Assembly (NCBI GenBank): GCA_024137785.1
Contig: JAHRHZ010000058.1
Location: 11,577,149-11,641,148 of the forward strand
Direction: 5' to 3'
From: Ginglymostoma cirratum
Lineage: Eukaryota
DNA: 64,000 bases
In this document: in pieces, positions 52,491-63,884 of the stretch
Layout of the letters: each line of letters begins with the position of its first letter
Position numbering within the stretch: position 1 is the stretch's first letter
Notes under the pieces: model-generated
Seen by the model: only the letters and a program-made list of their open reading frames with translations
Database searches by the model: none
What the model was told of the DNA's origin: nothing
Program-made: the position numbers and the translations under genes

Positions 52491-53661
52491 GTATGTCTCC
52501 GAACACACCTTTACTTTTCATTTAGTAGTGTAATGATTGGTGCCTTGATGTCTGGTCACCAGCTGATCACATGATTTTTGGAGCTGATTTTTCTTTTTGT
52601 CTTCATCAATATCCTCAAAGGTTCATTTGATTTGATGCAGTTTGAGTCCTATTTTTCAAATTAAATAAAGTAGCAACTCGACTCTATAACGAATAAGATG
52701 GTAGAATTTTGGGACAAAATCCAGGATTATTTTCTAAGTAAATCTGCACTTGACCTAGTCTAGAGGACTGTCTCTTAGGCTCTGATAGCTACCCCTACAC
52801 GCAGTTAAATATTAGTTTCAAGAATTTTGGCATGGAAATCAAATTGTCATACCATAATCTCTGTTAATGACCGATGATAGAATGACTTGGATTTTGCTGT
52901 AAAACGAAACAGTGTGGCTGACAGTACTGACCCTTAATTAGCAGCTAAAAGTTATAGGAAAGTGCGGTTTCCGAGCTACATTGTTAGATGCAGAGAAACC
53001 TGGTAATTGCTGCCAGGTAAACTCTGCTCCGGTATAAGTTCAGTCTCTGCTGAAGAAACACAATCATTGCCATAGCCTGATCGTAGGATAATGATCCTGC
53101 ATTGATCACAATAAAGACCAATGAAGTCTGGAGCATTTTAGCAAATTGGGAGTAGCTAAACTTTTCATGAAACAGAAAGCCATGCTTACAGTTGAACAAA
53201 CCCTAGTCCTGAGAAGTTATTTTGTATGTGTGGAGTCTTATTCCCTCAGACTAATATTGCAGATTATTATTAAGTAGAGCTATTTTAAATACAAGTGTTC
53301 CTTTTTTCTCTTTTATATCTTACACTTTATCTTAAAGATATATCCCAATAATTTCACTTTCTTTACAACGATTGAAGGATAATTTGTATTTCCAACTTTT
53401 TAACTTCCTGCTTTAGTGTCTCTTGAAGATTCATCAGTCCAATTAGGAAGCTGCTTTCCTGCTAACAGATGGCTCAGATCTGTGGTAGATCAGTCCAAAT
53501 TCAAACAACAATCAGAAAATTAGCACTCTCCTCTGACAAGTGTGCTAAAAGTTTCTGAGCAACAGTCTGGGTGGTGAACAGAATAAAAACCTTAGTTGCA
53601 ATAATATTTGTAGATGTGTTTGTGTAATGCAATGTTACTCACTGTTTTGGTCTTCCAGCAG

Positions 53662-53730
53662 ATCACTCATCACTCACAACCTCCAGCACTGCTCCATCAA
53701 CAGTGAATACTACGTATGCAGCAGGTTCGA
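53662..53730 (+). CDS. PTPRC: D-type cassette exon, 69 nt, xHSSLTTSSTAPSTVNTTYAAGS
   Basis: Copy of 52422-52490, 1240 bp downstream; cagcag / gtatgt. Confidence 0.8.
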
Positions 53731-54177
53731 GTATGTCTCTGAACACACTTCACGGTTTGATTTTTGTTTCAGAATGGTTGTTGCTCTGATGTTTGGCTAC
53801 CAAGTGTTCCTGATTTTTGAGAAGTGACTAATTTTATCATGTTGCATTCCTCATTGAAGTTTTACCAGTTTAAATGTTCACTACAACTTCCTTATTTAGT
53901 TGATGCATCTCTCTCTACAAGGTGAATGAAATATATTCTATAGGCTGTAACAAGTGGAAGTGTCAAATGTCGGGGTGACAAGCCAGTTGCTTTTTCCGGG
54001 ACAGTCAAATGTACACTTCTCTTAAATTAGTTTTGAGAAATATCTGTTTTGTTATCAATTTGAAGAAGTTTAAGACAGACATCTTCATTTTGTATTATGT
54101 GTGAATGATCAATGATATCATATTGTTATATTCAATTGTGACAAGCATTGCTACTCGGTTGTTTGGTTTTCTAGCAG

Positions 54178-54240
54178 ATAACTCATCACTCACACTCCAC
54201 AGCATGGCTCCATCAACAGTGAATTCTTCATTCACACCAG
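54178..54240 (+). CDS. PTPRC: Cassette exon, 63 nt, xNSSLTLHSMAPSTVNSSFTP
   Basis: ggttttctagcag|ATAACTCA...ACACCAG|gtttgc; the downstream paralogous GT reads ATATGC; two NSS sequons. Confidence 0.72.
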
Positions 54241-55054
54241 GTTTGCATATGCCCCTTTCACTTCATGGGTGTCAGTATTGGTTACCATCCTGATTTCCTC
54301 AACTCAGTTCTGTCTCATTTTCAGTGGATGAATTTGTTTCTAAATGAACAAACACAATACCTCACCTTTTCTAAGCAAACTTCATGATAAATCTAAGAGC
54401 CTTTTATGGTATCCCCCCAGTTATGCAGGCAACTTCCCATTCTCGTGGAATGCTTCTAGGCAATCCACTGTCAATATAATGGTAATTATGGCTATTATGT
54501 TCTTCAGTCGAGTTGGTGAAACAGAGGAGGCAATATCACATACAGCCTGTTGTATTCAATATCTGTTCCATGCAGCGTTAAAGTAATTTTTATTTTTTGA
54601 GGGCCTTTCTGGAGGTTCTCCTGAGCTCTACATTTTGATGTTCAGTGATTTTTTTATAACTCCCTTCTCATTCTCATAGGCACATTTATGAGGTGATGCT
54701 GTCAGGTAGTAATGATTCCCTCTGTACTTTTGTTTGCATTTGGAATATTTGGATTCTGACCAAAGCAGCGCTGAAATACTTTATCAGTAATTATCCAATT
54801 TCTACTTAACTTGAAGTCACACACTGAAAGGAATCATTAATGTCCTCAGTACCACTGTATTTGAACTGGCCCAAGACAACAGGCATAATAAAAGGATTTT
54901 CCAAAATGACTGACTCATACTGCTACATACAAAAATTCATCACCTGATGCACACTTTCTGTGAATTGGTGAGGTCATAGCTAATGCATTCCCATCACACA
55001 TGAACAAAGCTGGTATATTTTAACCAGTCAATTGTTGTCCTATTTACCAACAAG

Positions 55055-55250
55055 ATTGGTTAGCTCAGTTGGTTGGATTTCAAAACAGAATGATACCATC
55101 AGTGTGGGTTCAATTCCCACAACCAGTTGAAGTCACCATGAAGGGAGTGCTCTCTCAACTTCACCTAAAATGTGGTGACCCTCATGTTAAACTCACCATT
55201 GATTATATTTCTTGAATGAGGCCACTGTCCTCTGGGACAGTGTTAACTTT
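55055..55250 (+). mobile_element. Old tRNA-derived SINE
   Basis: A box ttagctcagttgg, B box gggttcaattccc. Confidence 0.6.
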
Positions 55251-55905
55251 ATCCTATTTGTTACATCTCAAATCTTATTCTCAGATTTAAATTTAATTAC
55301 AGTGGAATCCATGACATTTTTTCTAGATATGATTTATCCTAAGTGTACACAGCTGTAAACTAGAGATTCCACATTCTTATGCAAGGAATACCTTACATCA
55401 GTGATTTAAAGTTTTCTTCAATATCAGTTAGTTGAGCATTCATTTGTGAAGAAGTTTAAAGCTGATCTCTCTCCTTTGCAGCTACTGGGAGTGAATTTTC
55501 TCAGTGGTGTTGGGACTTTCAGGGTTGAATTTGCCCACTGTTTGGAACATTGACCATTTTAGTGCATCTTGTACATTTCTTAAGATATTCCTGATATGGT
55601 GCCTAGTTGGGGCCAGGCTATTTCAGCTTTACACAAATGATGTTTAAAGAAACTGGATTGAAAATATAGCCATGTTTGGCAAGGGTTGGATTATCAAGTG
55701 TATCATCTGCAGAGCGGGAAGGAATATACTTTTTTGCGGCAATACCTCCATCACTGTTGAAGCTGATGAATATTGACAAGCTTCTATTCTTCCAGAAACA
55801 CTTATTGTTTTAAGTTGACGTTATATCACTGTAAATAGACGACTATTGTTTTTGAAGTGTTTGGGGATGTAAACATTCATGTGTTGTAATTTAATTTTTC
55901 TGCAG

Positions 55906-55974
55906 ATGTTAATGAAACAGCACCCAGAAACTCCAGCACAGCACCTCTATCCAAAAGCATTGCACCAGCTTCAC
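55906..55974 (+). CDS. PTPRC: Divergent mucin exon, 69 nt, xVNETAPRNSSTAPLSKSIAPAS
   Basis: aatttttctgcag|ATGTTAAT...GCTTCAC|gtacgt; retains the SSTAP core; NET and NSS sequons. Confidence 0.8.
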
Positions 55975-57876
55975 GTACGTTTCCCAGCTTATGGTGATGT
56001 AGTCTGTTCATTTATGAAGATGACTACATCTCTGTGGTTACAAGCCCTGCTCTTAAAAGCCTACTTTCACTCCCACAGTTAGGGAATGCTAAGTGAATAC
56101 ATACTTCTGCAGTAGTGGAGAACTGTAACTTGCTTTTTGCTTACATGTCAACGTAAAAATGGAGCATTGGAAAATTCTAATATTCTCAATGTCTACCATT
56201 AAGGGAAAAGTTGCTTCGTAGATTTACCAATCTGCTGCAATGCAGACCAACATTAAGAAAAGAATGGGTAAAGTTATAAAAGACCTTGGGGAAACAAATA
56301 TGCCTGAACTGTGCTAATAGCTCAGAAGGTAAATCCAAAGTGTGATTTGGTATTTATCATACAGGTGAAGCTGGCCCCAAGTGCCATTCCTAGTTTCCAT
56401 GACATTTGGTATTTCAAATGAGATTGTGTTGCAGTTGCCACGAAGGGACACCTGCGAATGATCAAAGTGAGATAATGATGAACAGGCAGCTCATATACAC
56501 TGCAGTCCAGCTTTTCCTGTTCTGTCATTTTTATCGTAAGGCTTTTATACTGCCGTAAAGGAAACAAATTGTTTTTATCGAGATCATCTACATTGTGAAG
56601 CTTTGTGAGTGGATTTCAACAGCTAAAGCAGCAAATGGAAAATTGAACGTTAAACAAGTTGAAAGAAAAGGTTACTGCTGAAGGAAGGGTCAAAGTAGAA
56701 AGAAGAATAATTCCCCCTGGGGAATCTCAGAAGATGTCTTAAAACCTTTATTATTCTGTGTCAATGTTGAAGGGCATAGTATAATAAAGTCTAAGCAAAG
56801 TTGAAAAGAAGAGAAACCTGCTTGAAATTGATTGCCACTTCTGGGAGCAGACCGGAAGCTGGCACAGTGCAGTTGGTGCTATTCAGTTGGGAGACAAGAC
56901 ACTGGATGGAAAGCCACTTCCTTTCTGACTCCACCAGATTGAGTCAGGAGCAAGGAAGGTCACAGCTGGCCTCCTTGTCCTGGGCTAATTAAAAGCCCTT
57001 GCCATTAGTATTTCAGTGTCAGTGGGAGTGTGGTGCCTGCCTGTGACCTCTCGAAGTGAGGATGGCAGCAGTACTCATTATCAGGCACCCTCTGCTCCCA
57101 GACAGGGCCCTAGTGGCAGCAAGGCCTGACCCTACAGGAAGATCTGTGTTTTGCCCTCCACTCCAGCGCCCTCTTCAACAGAGCCTGCCTCCTCTGGCTC
57201 TGGTGAGCCCTCCTCTCCTAATATCAGCTTGGGAGCACCTGGAGGCTAGATAAGTGCCTGAGAGAGATTTAACTTGGAAAGCGATATTGGGCTGGAGCTG
57301 CCGGATCCAACTTCAACTGACAGTTGGAAAAGGTTCCCCTGTATTAGAGGACAAATTTCATGAGTCTGCTTGTAGCCCTCTGAAAAATTCCTATAAAGGG
57401 CAGAAGACTTCATTAATATGTTTAAATAACCTGTCGCGGAATAATCAAAACCTGATTTATAGTTAATTGGTGCCTTGCAGGTTTCTAAGAGTTTAAGAAA
57501 TCTGAAAGCAAAATGCATTCTGGAATTTTTGGTTGTTGTACATAATTGTGCTTGATTGTACACTGTGTGGGCCAAAATGCTTTGAAAAGCATTTACAGAA
57601 ATGTTGAAGTCCTTACTCTGCACCCGCTCCCCCCCCCACCCCCAACCCTAAGAAGCATTTGACGTTCTTTCAGCCCGTCATGATTTCTGACTAGCCCTTA
57701 CCACCATGGACGATTTCAGGCATGTTTCTCCAAGCTGCTTAAAGTAAAAAAGGTGTTTCATTTTACCCATCCAAGAAAGCAATCCAGATGAGTTCACACA
57801 TTCATAAATCATTTATTTTAATCTTATTGAAGATGTAATAATTAAGGTCATTATTATTCTTTGACTTTTTCAACAG

Positions 57877-57957
57877 ACAATGCATCATTCACCAAATCCA
57901 GCACCACGCCAGAAACAGTGACTTCTGCAGTCTCAGATAATCGATCAACAGCAAAAG
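57877..57957 (+). CDS. PTPRC: Divergent mucin exon, 81 nt, xNASFTKSSTTPETVTSAVSDNRSTAK, probable GC donor
   Basis: gactttttcaacag|ACAATGCA...GCAAAAG|gcacgt; open in phase 1; NAS and NRS sequons; 3' end less certain. Confidence 0.72.
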
Positions 57958-58034
57958 GCACGTCTTACTCTCTCACTTACTCACCTCTCAGCGCTTAACA
58001 ATGGCACTGACGCCTGACTCTCTCCAGAGAAACA

Positions 58035-58830
58035 ATAACTACAACCTGCATTTATAGTGCACCTTGAAGAAATTTCCCATGGCACTTCACAGGAGCATCA
58101 TCAAGCAAAATCTGAACCATTTATGCAGACACTTGGAACCGGTCGCCTTGTAGCATCTTAAAAGAGAAGAGGGAAAGACAGAGAGTCTTAGGGAGGGATT
58201 TCCAAAGTTAGTGCCTGAGCTACTGAAGGCACAGCCACCAAGAATGAAACAATTAAATTCTGGAAAGAGGCCAGAATTGGAAGAGAGGACGCAGCGATCT
58301 CTAGGGTTGTAGGGTTCGAGGAGTTTGTGGAAATAGGGCGGATTGATGCCATGGAGAAATTTGAGATGAAGATAAAACTTTTAAGATCAAGCAGTGTAGG
58401 TCCAAGAGAAAGCGATAATGGGTGAAGCGAACATGGTGCAAGTTATCATAAGGGCAGTGGAGCTTTGGATACACTGAAACTTATGACGTCTAGCGAATGG
58501 GAGGTTGGTCAAAAGTGTGTTGGAATAGTCAAGATTGAAGACACCAAAGGTTTCAGTAGTGGATGAGCTGATATACAGGTGTGGTATCTCACAGAATGTT
58601 TAGGAAGCTTTGGTCTTGGAGGTTCATCTGAGGTTTAGATGCGAGGTTAAACTTATGACCTTACTGGTTGAGCCTCAGACACTGGCAACTGAGAGGAAAA
58701 CAATTTGATGGTGAAGAAACCAAATTTGCAGTAGGGACCAGAGACAATGATCCCATCTTCCTAGTCTTTATTTGGAAGAAATGTCTGCTCATCCAACACT
58801 GGATGATGGACAAGCAACAGTAATAAGCCC
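58035..58830 (-). mobile_element. Degenerate L2 LINE 3' portion
   Basis: Reverse L2 tail acaacctgcatttatagtgcacctt...ggcacttcacagg. Confidence 0.65.
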
Positions 58831-59089
58831 TCATAATTTCATTGCTAAAAGATCTGGTTTCCATGTTCAAACATGCTCTCCGCTCCAAAACTTGTAAGCA
58901 ACAGAAGTATTTGTCTCCATCTATCCCTTTTGTTCACCTAACGTAATGATACATCACCCATTAACGTTCAAAATTCCAGCCAACCCTTGTTTGTGTAATC
59001 TTTTCTCATAATTTAACTCTTGGAATTCAGACATCATTTCAGTCGATCCATAATGCACTTCCTCCAAAGCTACATATATCCTTTGTAAG

Positions 59090-59785
59090 GCATGACTTGG
59101 GGGTTCAGGTGCATAGATCTTTTAAATGTCACAAACAGACGCAGAAAATAATCAATGGAATACTGGCCTTTATATCTAGAGGACTGGAGTACAAGAATGT
59201 AGACATTGTCTGCAGTTATACAAAACCGTGGTTAGACCTTGTTTGGAGTACTGAGACCTAATCTGGGCACCACACCTGAGGAAGAATATATTGGCCTTGG
59301 AGGGAGTACAAAATAGGCTTACAAGAATATCTGGATTTAAGGGGTTAAGTTATGAGGAGAGATTATACAAGACAGGCCTGATTTCTCTAGGATTTAGAAA
59401 GGTAAGGAGCGGTCTGATAGATGCATTCAAGACAGTAACAGGAAATAACGGTGTAGATAAAGATAAACTATTTCCACTGGTTGGATATTCTAGAACTAGG
59501 CGGCGTAGTCAGAGAATTAAGGCCAGGCCATTCAGGAGCGATGTTAGGAAGCACTTCCACACACAAAGGGTGATAGAGGTTTGGAACTCTTCCACCATCG
59601 TCAGTGGATGCTGGATCAGTTATTAATTTTAAATCTGATACAGATACATTTTTGTTAAGCAAAGATATTAAGGGAGATGGGCCAACAGCAGGTCTATAGC
59701 GTTATGCCAGGGATCGGCAATGATCTCGTTGAATGATCAACTCGGCTCAAGGGGCTGAATGGTTTATTCATGTTCCGATGTGTGC
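59090..59785 (+). mobile_element. CR1 LINE 3' portion
   Basis: ORF ALEGVQNRLTR...LSYEERL...RKHFHTQRVIEVWNS followed by the CR1 3' UTR. Confidence 0.9.
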
Positions 59786-60289
59786 ATTTTGAACTGCTCA
59801 CAATATTCCAAGTCTGTTCTAACCAGGACATGATCTTTGTCCCTTTGTGTCTGAGTCCTCCATATATAAATACTCACGTTACAGTTGTCTTTTTGATTAT
59901 TTTATATATCTATTCATGATATTTTAATGATCTATGAGCCTTAACCCCTTGGTTTCTTGAAACTTCCCCTGCTCTGGCTTTTCACTGTTTTGAAAACTCC
60001 CTGTTTTAAACATTTTAGATCCAAAAGGGTCATCCACACATGCACTGGCACAGAAATCTGTTTGCCATGGTTTTGCCCATTCACTTAATCTAACAATACC
60101 TCCTTATAATCTTATGCTTCTATTCTCAATTCGATCCATGACAATAACAATAATATTTGTAACTTTATATTTGTAATTTGTGACCTCCAGCACAAAGCAA
60201 AAAAAGTGACTCATAAATCCACGGCTAGTGAGGAATCACTTCACATCCCAATGTCTACAGCTTGGTAGTAGGTTTGATTTTGTTGTCTA

Positions 60290-60720
60290 ACAATACATGG
60301 GCGTTGCTGGCCAGGCCAGCATTCCTTGCCCATCCCTAATTGTCTTTGAGAAGGTAGTGGTATGCTGTCTTCTTGAAATAGTACTGGTCATTTGGTGCAG
60401 GCACACCACAGTTCAGTCCCAGGATATTAACACTGTGTGTGTGTGTGTCTGGCAGTGTGTGTGTGTGCGCGCACGCGTGAGAGTTACTGCTGTGCATCTT
60501 GTAGATGGCACACATTGTTACCACAGCTTCACTGGTGATAGGGTGCCAATCAAGTGGGCTGCTTTATGCTGGATGATGTAAAACCTTTTGAGTATTGTTG
60601 GAGCCGCACTTATCCAGACCGTGATCACACTCCTGACCTGTGCTTTACTAATGGTGGACGGACACGCTGGTCCAGTTCAGATTCTGGTCGATGGTAATTC
60701 GCAGGATGTTGGTAAGGATG
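60290..60720 (-). mobile_element. CR1-clade LINE 3' end with an internal (TG)n microsatellite at about 60434-60480
   Basis: catgggcgttgctggccaggccagcattccttgcccatccctaattg is the reversed SINE/LINE tail. Confidence 0.7.
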
Positions 60721-60969
60721 TCTTAACATAGGCTGTGCCTTTCAACAAACTGGTCTCAATCTCATTTTATCCACTGTCCCCTTATCTGATAGCAAGCAAA
60801 GTAATGATGAAGTCAAGTGGCAAGCATTTGAGGCACAAATTTGCACATTCAAATTCACTGCAGGTTTAACTAATCCACCTGAAATGACAACTGATGTGAA
60901 ATACCTGTTGTTGGTGACTCCTCTTTTCAAATCTCGGTTTTCACTAATTTACTTTGATCTTTTCTACAG

Positions 60970-61023
60970 ACACAACTGACACAACCACAAGCTCCCCTAC
61001 AACAACAGGCACCGCAGTCTCAA
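60970..61023 (+). CDS. PTPRC: Thr-rich exon, 54 nt, xTTDTTTSSPTTTGTAVS
   Basis: gatcttttctacag|ACACAACT...GTCTCAA|gtatgt; phase 1-1. Confidence 0.82.
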
Positions 61024-62864
61024 GTATGTTTGCAAAGGCCAATTGCACCTCTGTCCAGCAGTTCAGTAACTCAATGGATACATCGCTGATTTACCTCGCA
61101 CCTGCAAACAGCACAGATATCCTAAATGTTGCAGTATTGGTGGGAAAGACCAGAACTGTGATAGACTTCTTTGGAATTACTTTGAAAGACATCGTAGGGT
61201 GGGAGTGGAGGAGGAAACCCATACCTAAGAGCACAAGTTCTCAATTCTTCACATGCCCTGTACCTCACACCCTGCATGCTCATTGATAGTTGTACTTCTA
61301 ACCAAACCGTGATATGGTTTGGAAAGATGAAGTAAATGTCAACTCTTTACAATCACGAATAAATCCATATTAGCAAGTGTATCGATTGAAAAAAAAACAA
61401 TTATTTGGGATCTTTCTGTCATGGCCATAAAGATTTACAAAATTTTTATACAAAATTGATAATGAAACATAGTTATCGTGTTGTATAATCCAGATCTTTC
61501 TCATGTTGAAAACAGAAGGAAGGGTCAAAAATGAGGTGCAGACATCTAACGATGTGCATCTTTTCTCTGAAACAAATGTTCACTGTTTGAATGGTTTACA
61601 GTAATACCTAGCAGCAACCTTGACCTTGATGCACTCACTAAAAATATGGCCATTATGATCTTGATGAGTCAAAGGTTGAAAACTCTTGGGGGTTGAAATT
61701 ATGCAGTGCACTAATTTGTGTGTACCCATTTTCATAATGAAAGAATTATTCATTGCAGGTAAGCAAACAGGTCAACATTAATATGTTGGGCAACAGACAT
61801 ATTTCAATTCTTTCTTTGCTCGCACCACAAGGTCCAGTTTCAAACTGCATTGTTAAACAGCATTGATATATGCATCAGAAAGAAACAAAATGATACCCAT
61901 CTACTGTTCTTAGTCTTCAGTTTAAAAGAGGGCATATTCTAGCATCCTTTCCATTCTGGTTGTCACTCATAATAGTCACCATTGGAAACAGGTTTATTCC
62001 TTACCGACAAACAAAGAAATCCTTCCATTTCTAAATAGAAGGAATATGATGCTGTGTATATACATCTGAATCCCATGTATTTTAGTTTCTTAGAACCAAA
62101 TGATAAATTTTTCATTTCTATTCCACTTGTGTCTGTCTGTGCTATTAAGCTTCTGTATTTTTGAAGAGCTTTGTATTTTAATTTCCTGCATGTCGATACT
62201 AATCTGAATAGTTTATGTGCGGGGTTTTGTGAATATGAAATGTTATTGTCTTAATGACCGGCTAAAATTTCCTGTCCTTTACAACAGCTGCTAATTACCA
62301 ATGAACTACGCAAAAAGTAAAGACTCGCAAAGGCTCATATTTTGGTTAAGGATCCTTTTGCAGCTCCCTCTCACAACTGACCGGCCATGGAAAAATGCTA
62401 CTGATTCTCTTTTCTCTAGTAGTTGACTTGTGTTTCTGCCAACAATTTTATGATACCCTTACTCTAACATATTTTTCATGATTTCTGAGTGTCCAAAAAT
62501 ATGCTGTTGTTGTTATTTTCTCTGCATCCTCTCCGTGCTAAAATCCAGATTAGTTTTCGTACCTGTTGCTTTAAGGATGAACCACAGTGTAATTACAGCA
62601 TTGGCAGAAAATGGTTTCACTTAACAGAAATTCTCCATTTAATGTGGAAATAAAGTTTGAATCCATTGCCAGAGTCCAATTGGGGATTTTCGTCCCTGCA
62701 GGATCCTCCTGAAGTGTTCAGCAATTAAAGCATAGTCTTGCAGACATTGCCATCCATAACCCAGATGGAAAAGCCTATCGGCTTGAAAAAATTGCATTTA
62801 TCTTTTTTTCATAGCAGATTTCTTACTGAAAATGTTAGAGATGATGGAAAGAAATACTTTCTTG

Positions 62865-63120
62865 AACAGGCAGAGGAGGAATGTTTTTCACCCAGAGGGT
62901 GGTGGGAATCTGGAACTCACTGTACCTAATAGTGAGAGAGGCAAAAGTGCTGATAACATTTAGGAAATATTTAGATCTTCTCTTGAGAGGCCAAGGCTAC
63001 GGGCCAAGTACAAGAAAATGGCGTTGGAATAGTTAGTTCGTTATTTTTTGTTTTGAACAGCATGGATAATAAGGGCTGAAGAGCCTTTTTCTTTGCTGTG
63101 TATTTCTGTGACTCTCTGAT
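62865..63120 (+). mobile_element. CR1 LINE 3' end
   Basis: tttttcacccagagggtggtgggaatctggaactcactg...gggctgaagagcct. Confidence 0.75.
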
Positions 63121-63725
63121 ATTTGGAGGGGAAGGACATTTGATGAAACTTCCAGAAATACATCATATTAGTTGGTAACCTTGGTCGAACCTCAGACTTG
63201 CTGGGGAAAATGACCTTGACAACTGATTGAAGTGTGCAAATTTAGTGTTGGTGCTAAGTTGAATGTGCTTTATAGCAATGCTATACTTACATTATGGAAG
63301 ACTAATGGTTTTTTCATGCAGTCCTTAACCATGCATTTCCTTGCCTTATTCAGTATCTCCTTCTGCTGCAATCTATAGAAAATTTCAAAATCTGATTTTG
63401 ACACCACTTCAGCGCAATGTCTTGATTTTTCTTCCTTTTTCTCATTTCCACATGGTTTGACTTTGATGTTTTGTCTATTTGTCTGTTGATGTCTTCCCTT
63501 GGTTTTTAATTTAAGAAAACCATCTCTAAACTGTTAGTTGAAATGTTCCTGTTCCCAAGTTTGCTCAACACCAAAATTTCATAAAAGTGATTATTGTTTA
63601 ACACACTTGACACATGCCAAAGTAGTGTACTGTTTGTGCATAAACTGCTTAAGTAGAAAATGCATTTATGTGTCGAAATTAAGAATACAACTTTGTAACA
63701 TGCTGTAATGTGGTTTTAATCCTAG

Positions 63726-63752
63726 CTACCCCAGCTGGAGATAAGGATTGTG
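63726..63752 (+). CDS. PTPRC: Micro-exon, 27 nt, xTPAGDKDC (putative CD45 exon 8 equivalent leading into the Cys-rich domain)
   Basis: ttttaatcctag|CTACCCCAGCTGGAGATAAGGATTGTG|gtaaga; strong donor, phase 1-1, terminal TGT G. Confidence 0.8.
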
Positions 63753-63884
63753 GTAAGAAACCTTCTCTTGCTTTTTTACAGTGTAACTAATCTATTGTTC
63801 AATGAAAATGATAAATTGTGTTTTTAGAGATGCTCATTATTTGTTTGTGTTACAACATGAAGGCAAACAGCCAAATTTAAATCA

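Larger units (their letters stand above)
52100..53760. repeat. Tandem duplication, about 1.24 kb period, carrying the D-type exon
   Basis: The upstream intron (ctctgacaagtgtgct...gcaataatatttgtagatgtgtttg) and the exon are both repeated. Confidence 0.8.
37105..63752 (+). other. PTPRC: Partial gene: array of 22 phase-1 micro-exon candidates encoding a mucin-like stalk, most likely the variable N-terminal region of CD45 (receptor-type tyrosine phosphatase C)
   Basis: Each intact exon has a pyrimidine tract + AG, a GT (once GC) donor and a length divisible by 3. The last exon is 27 nt, xTPAGDKDC, and parallels human PTPRC exon 8 (27 nt, ATTPSKPTC, recalled from memory). The first 30-nt exon follows a >37 kb intron, like exon 3 after the long intron 2. 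Gene identity is an inference. Confidence 0.7.

Noticed and set aside
38898-54240. Regularly spaced similar ~69-bp units resembling a CRISPR array or satellite
   Set aside because: Eukaryotic context; the units have splice signals and open frames, and the sequences between them are homologous kb-long introns
62288-62316. Exon-like segment acaacag|CTGCTAATTACCAATGAACTACGCAAAAA|gtaaag
   Set aside because: It is 29 nt and has an in-frame TGA in phase 1, so it is incompatible with the array frame unless it is a poison or terminal exon, for which I have no evidence
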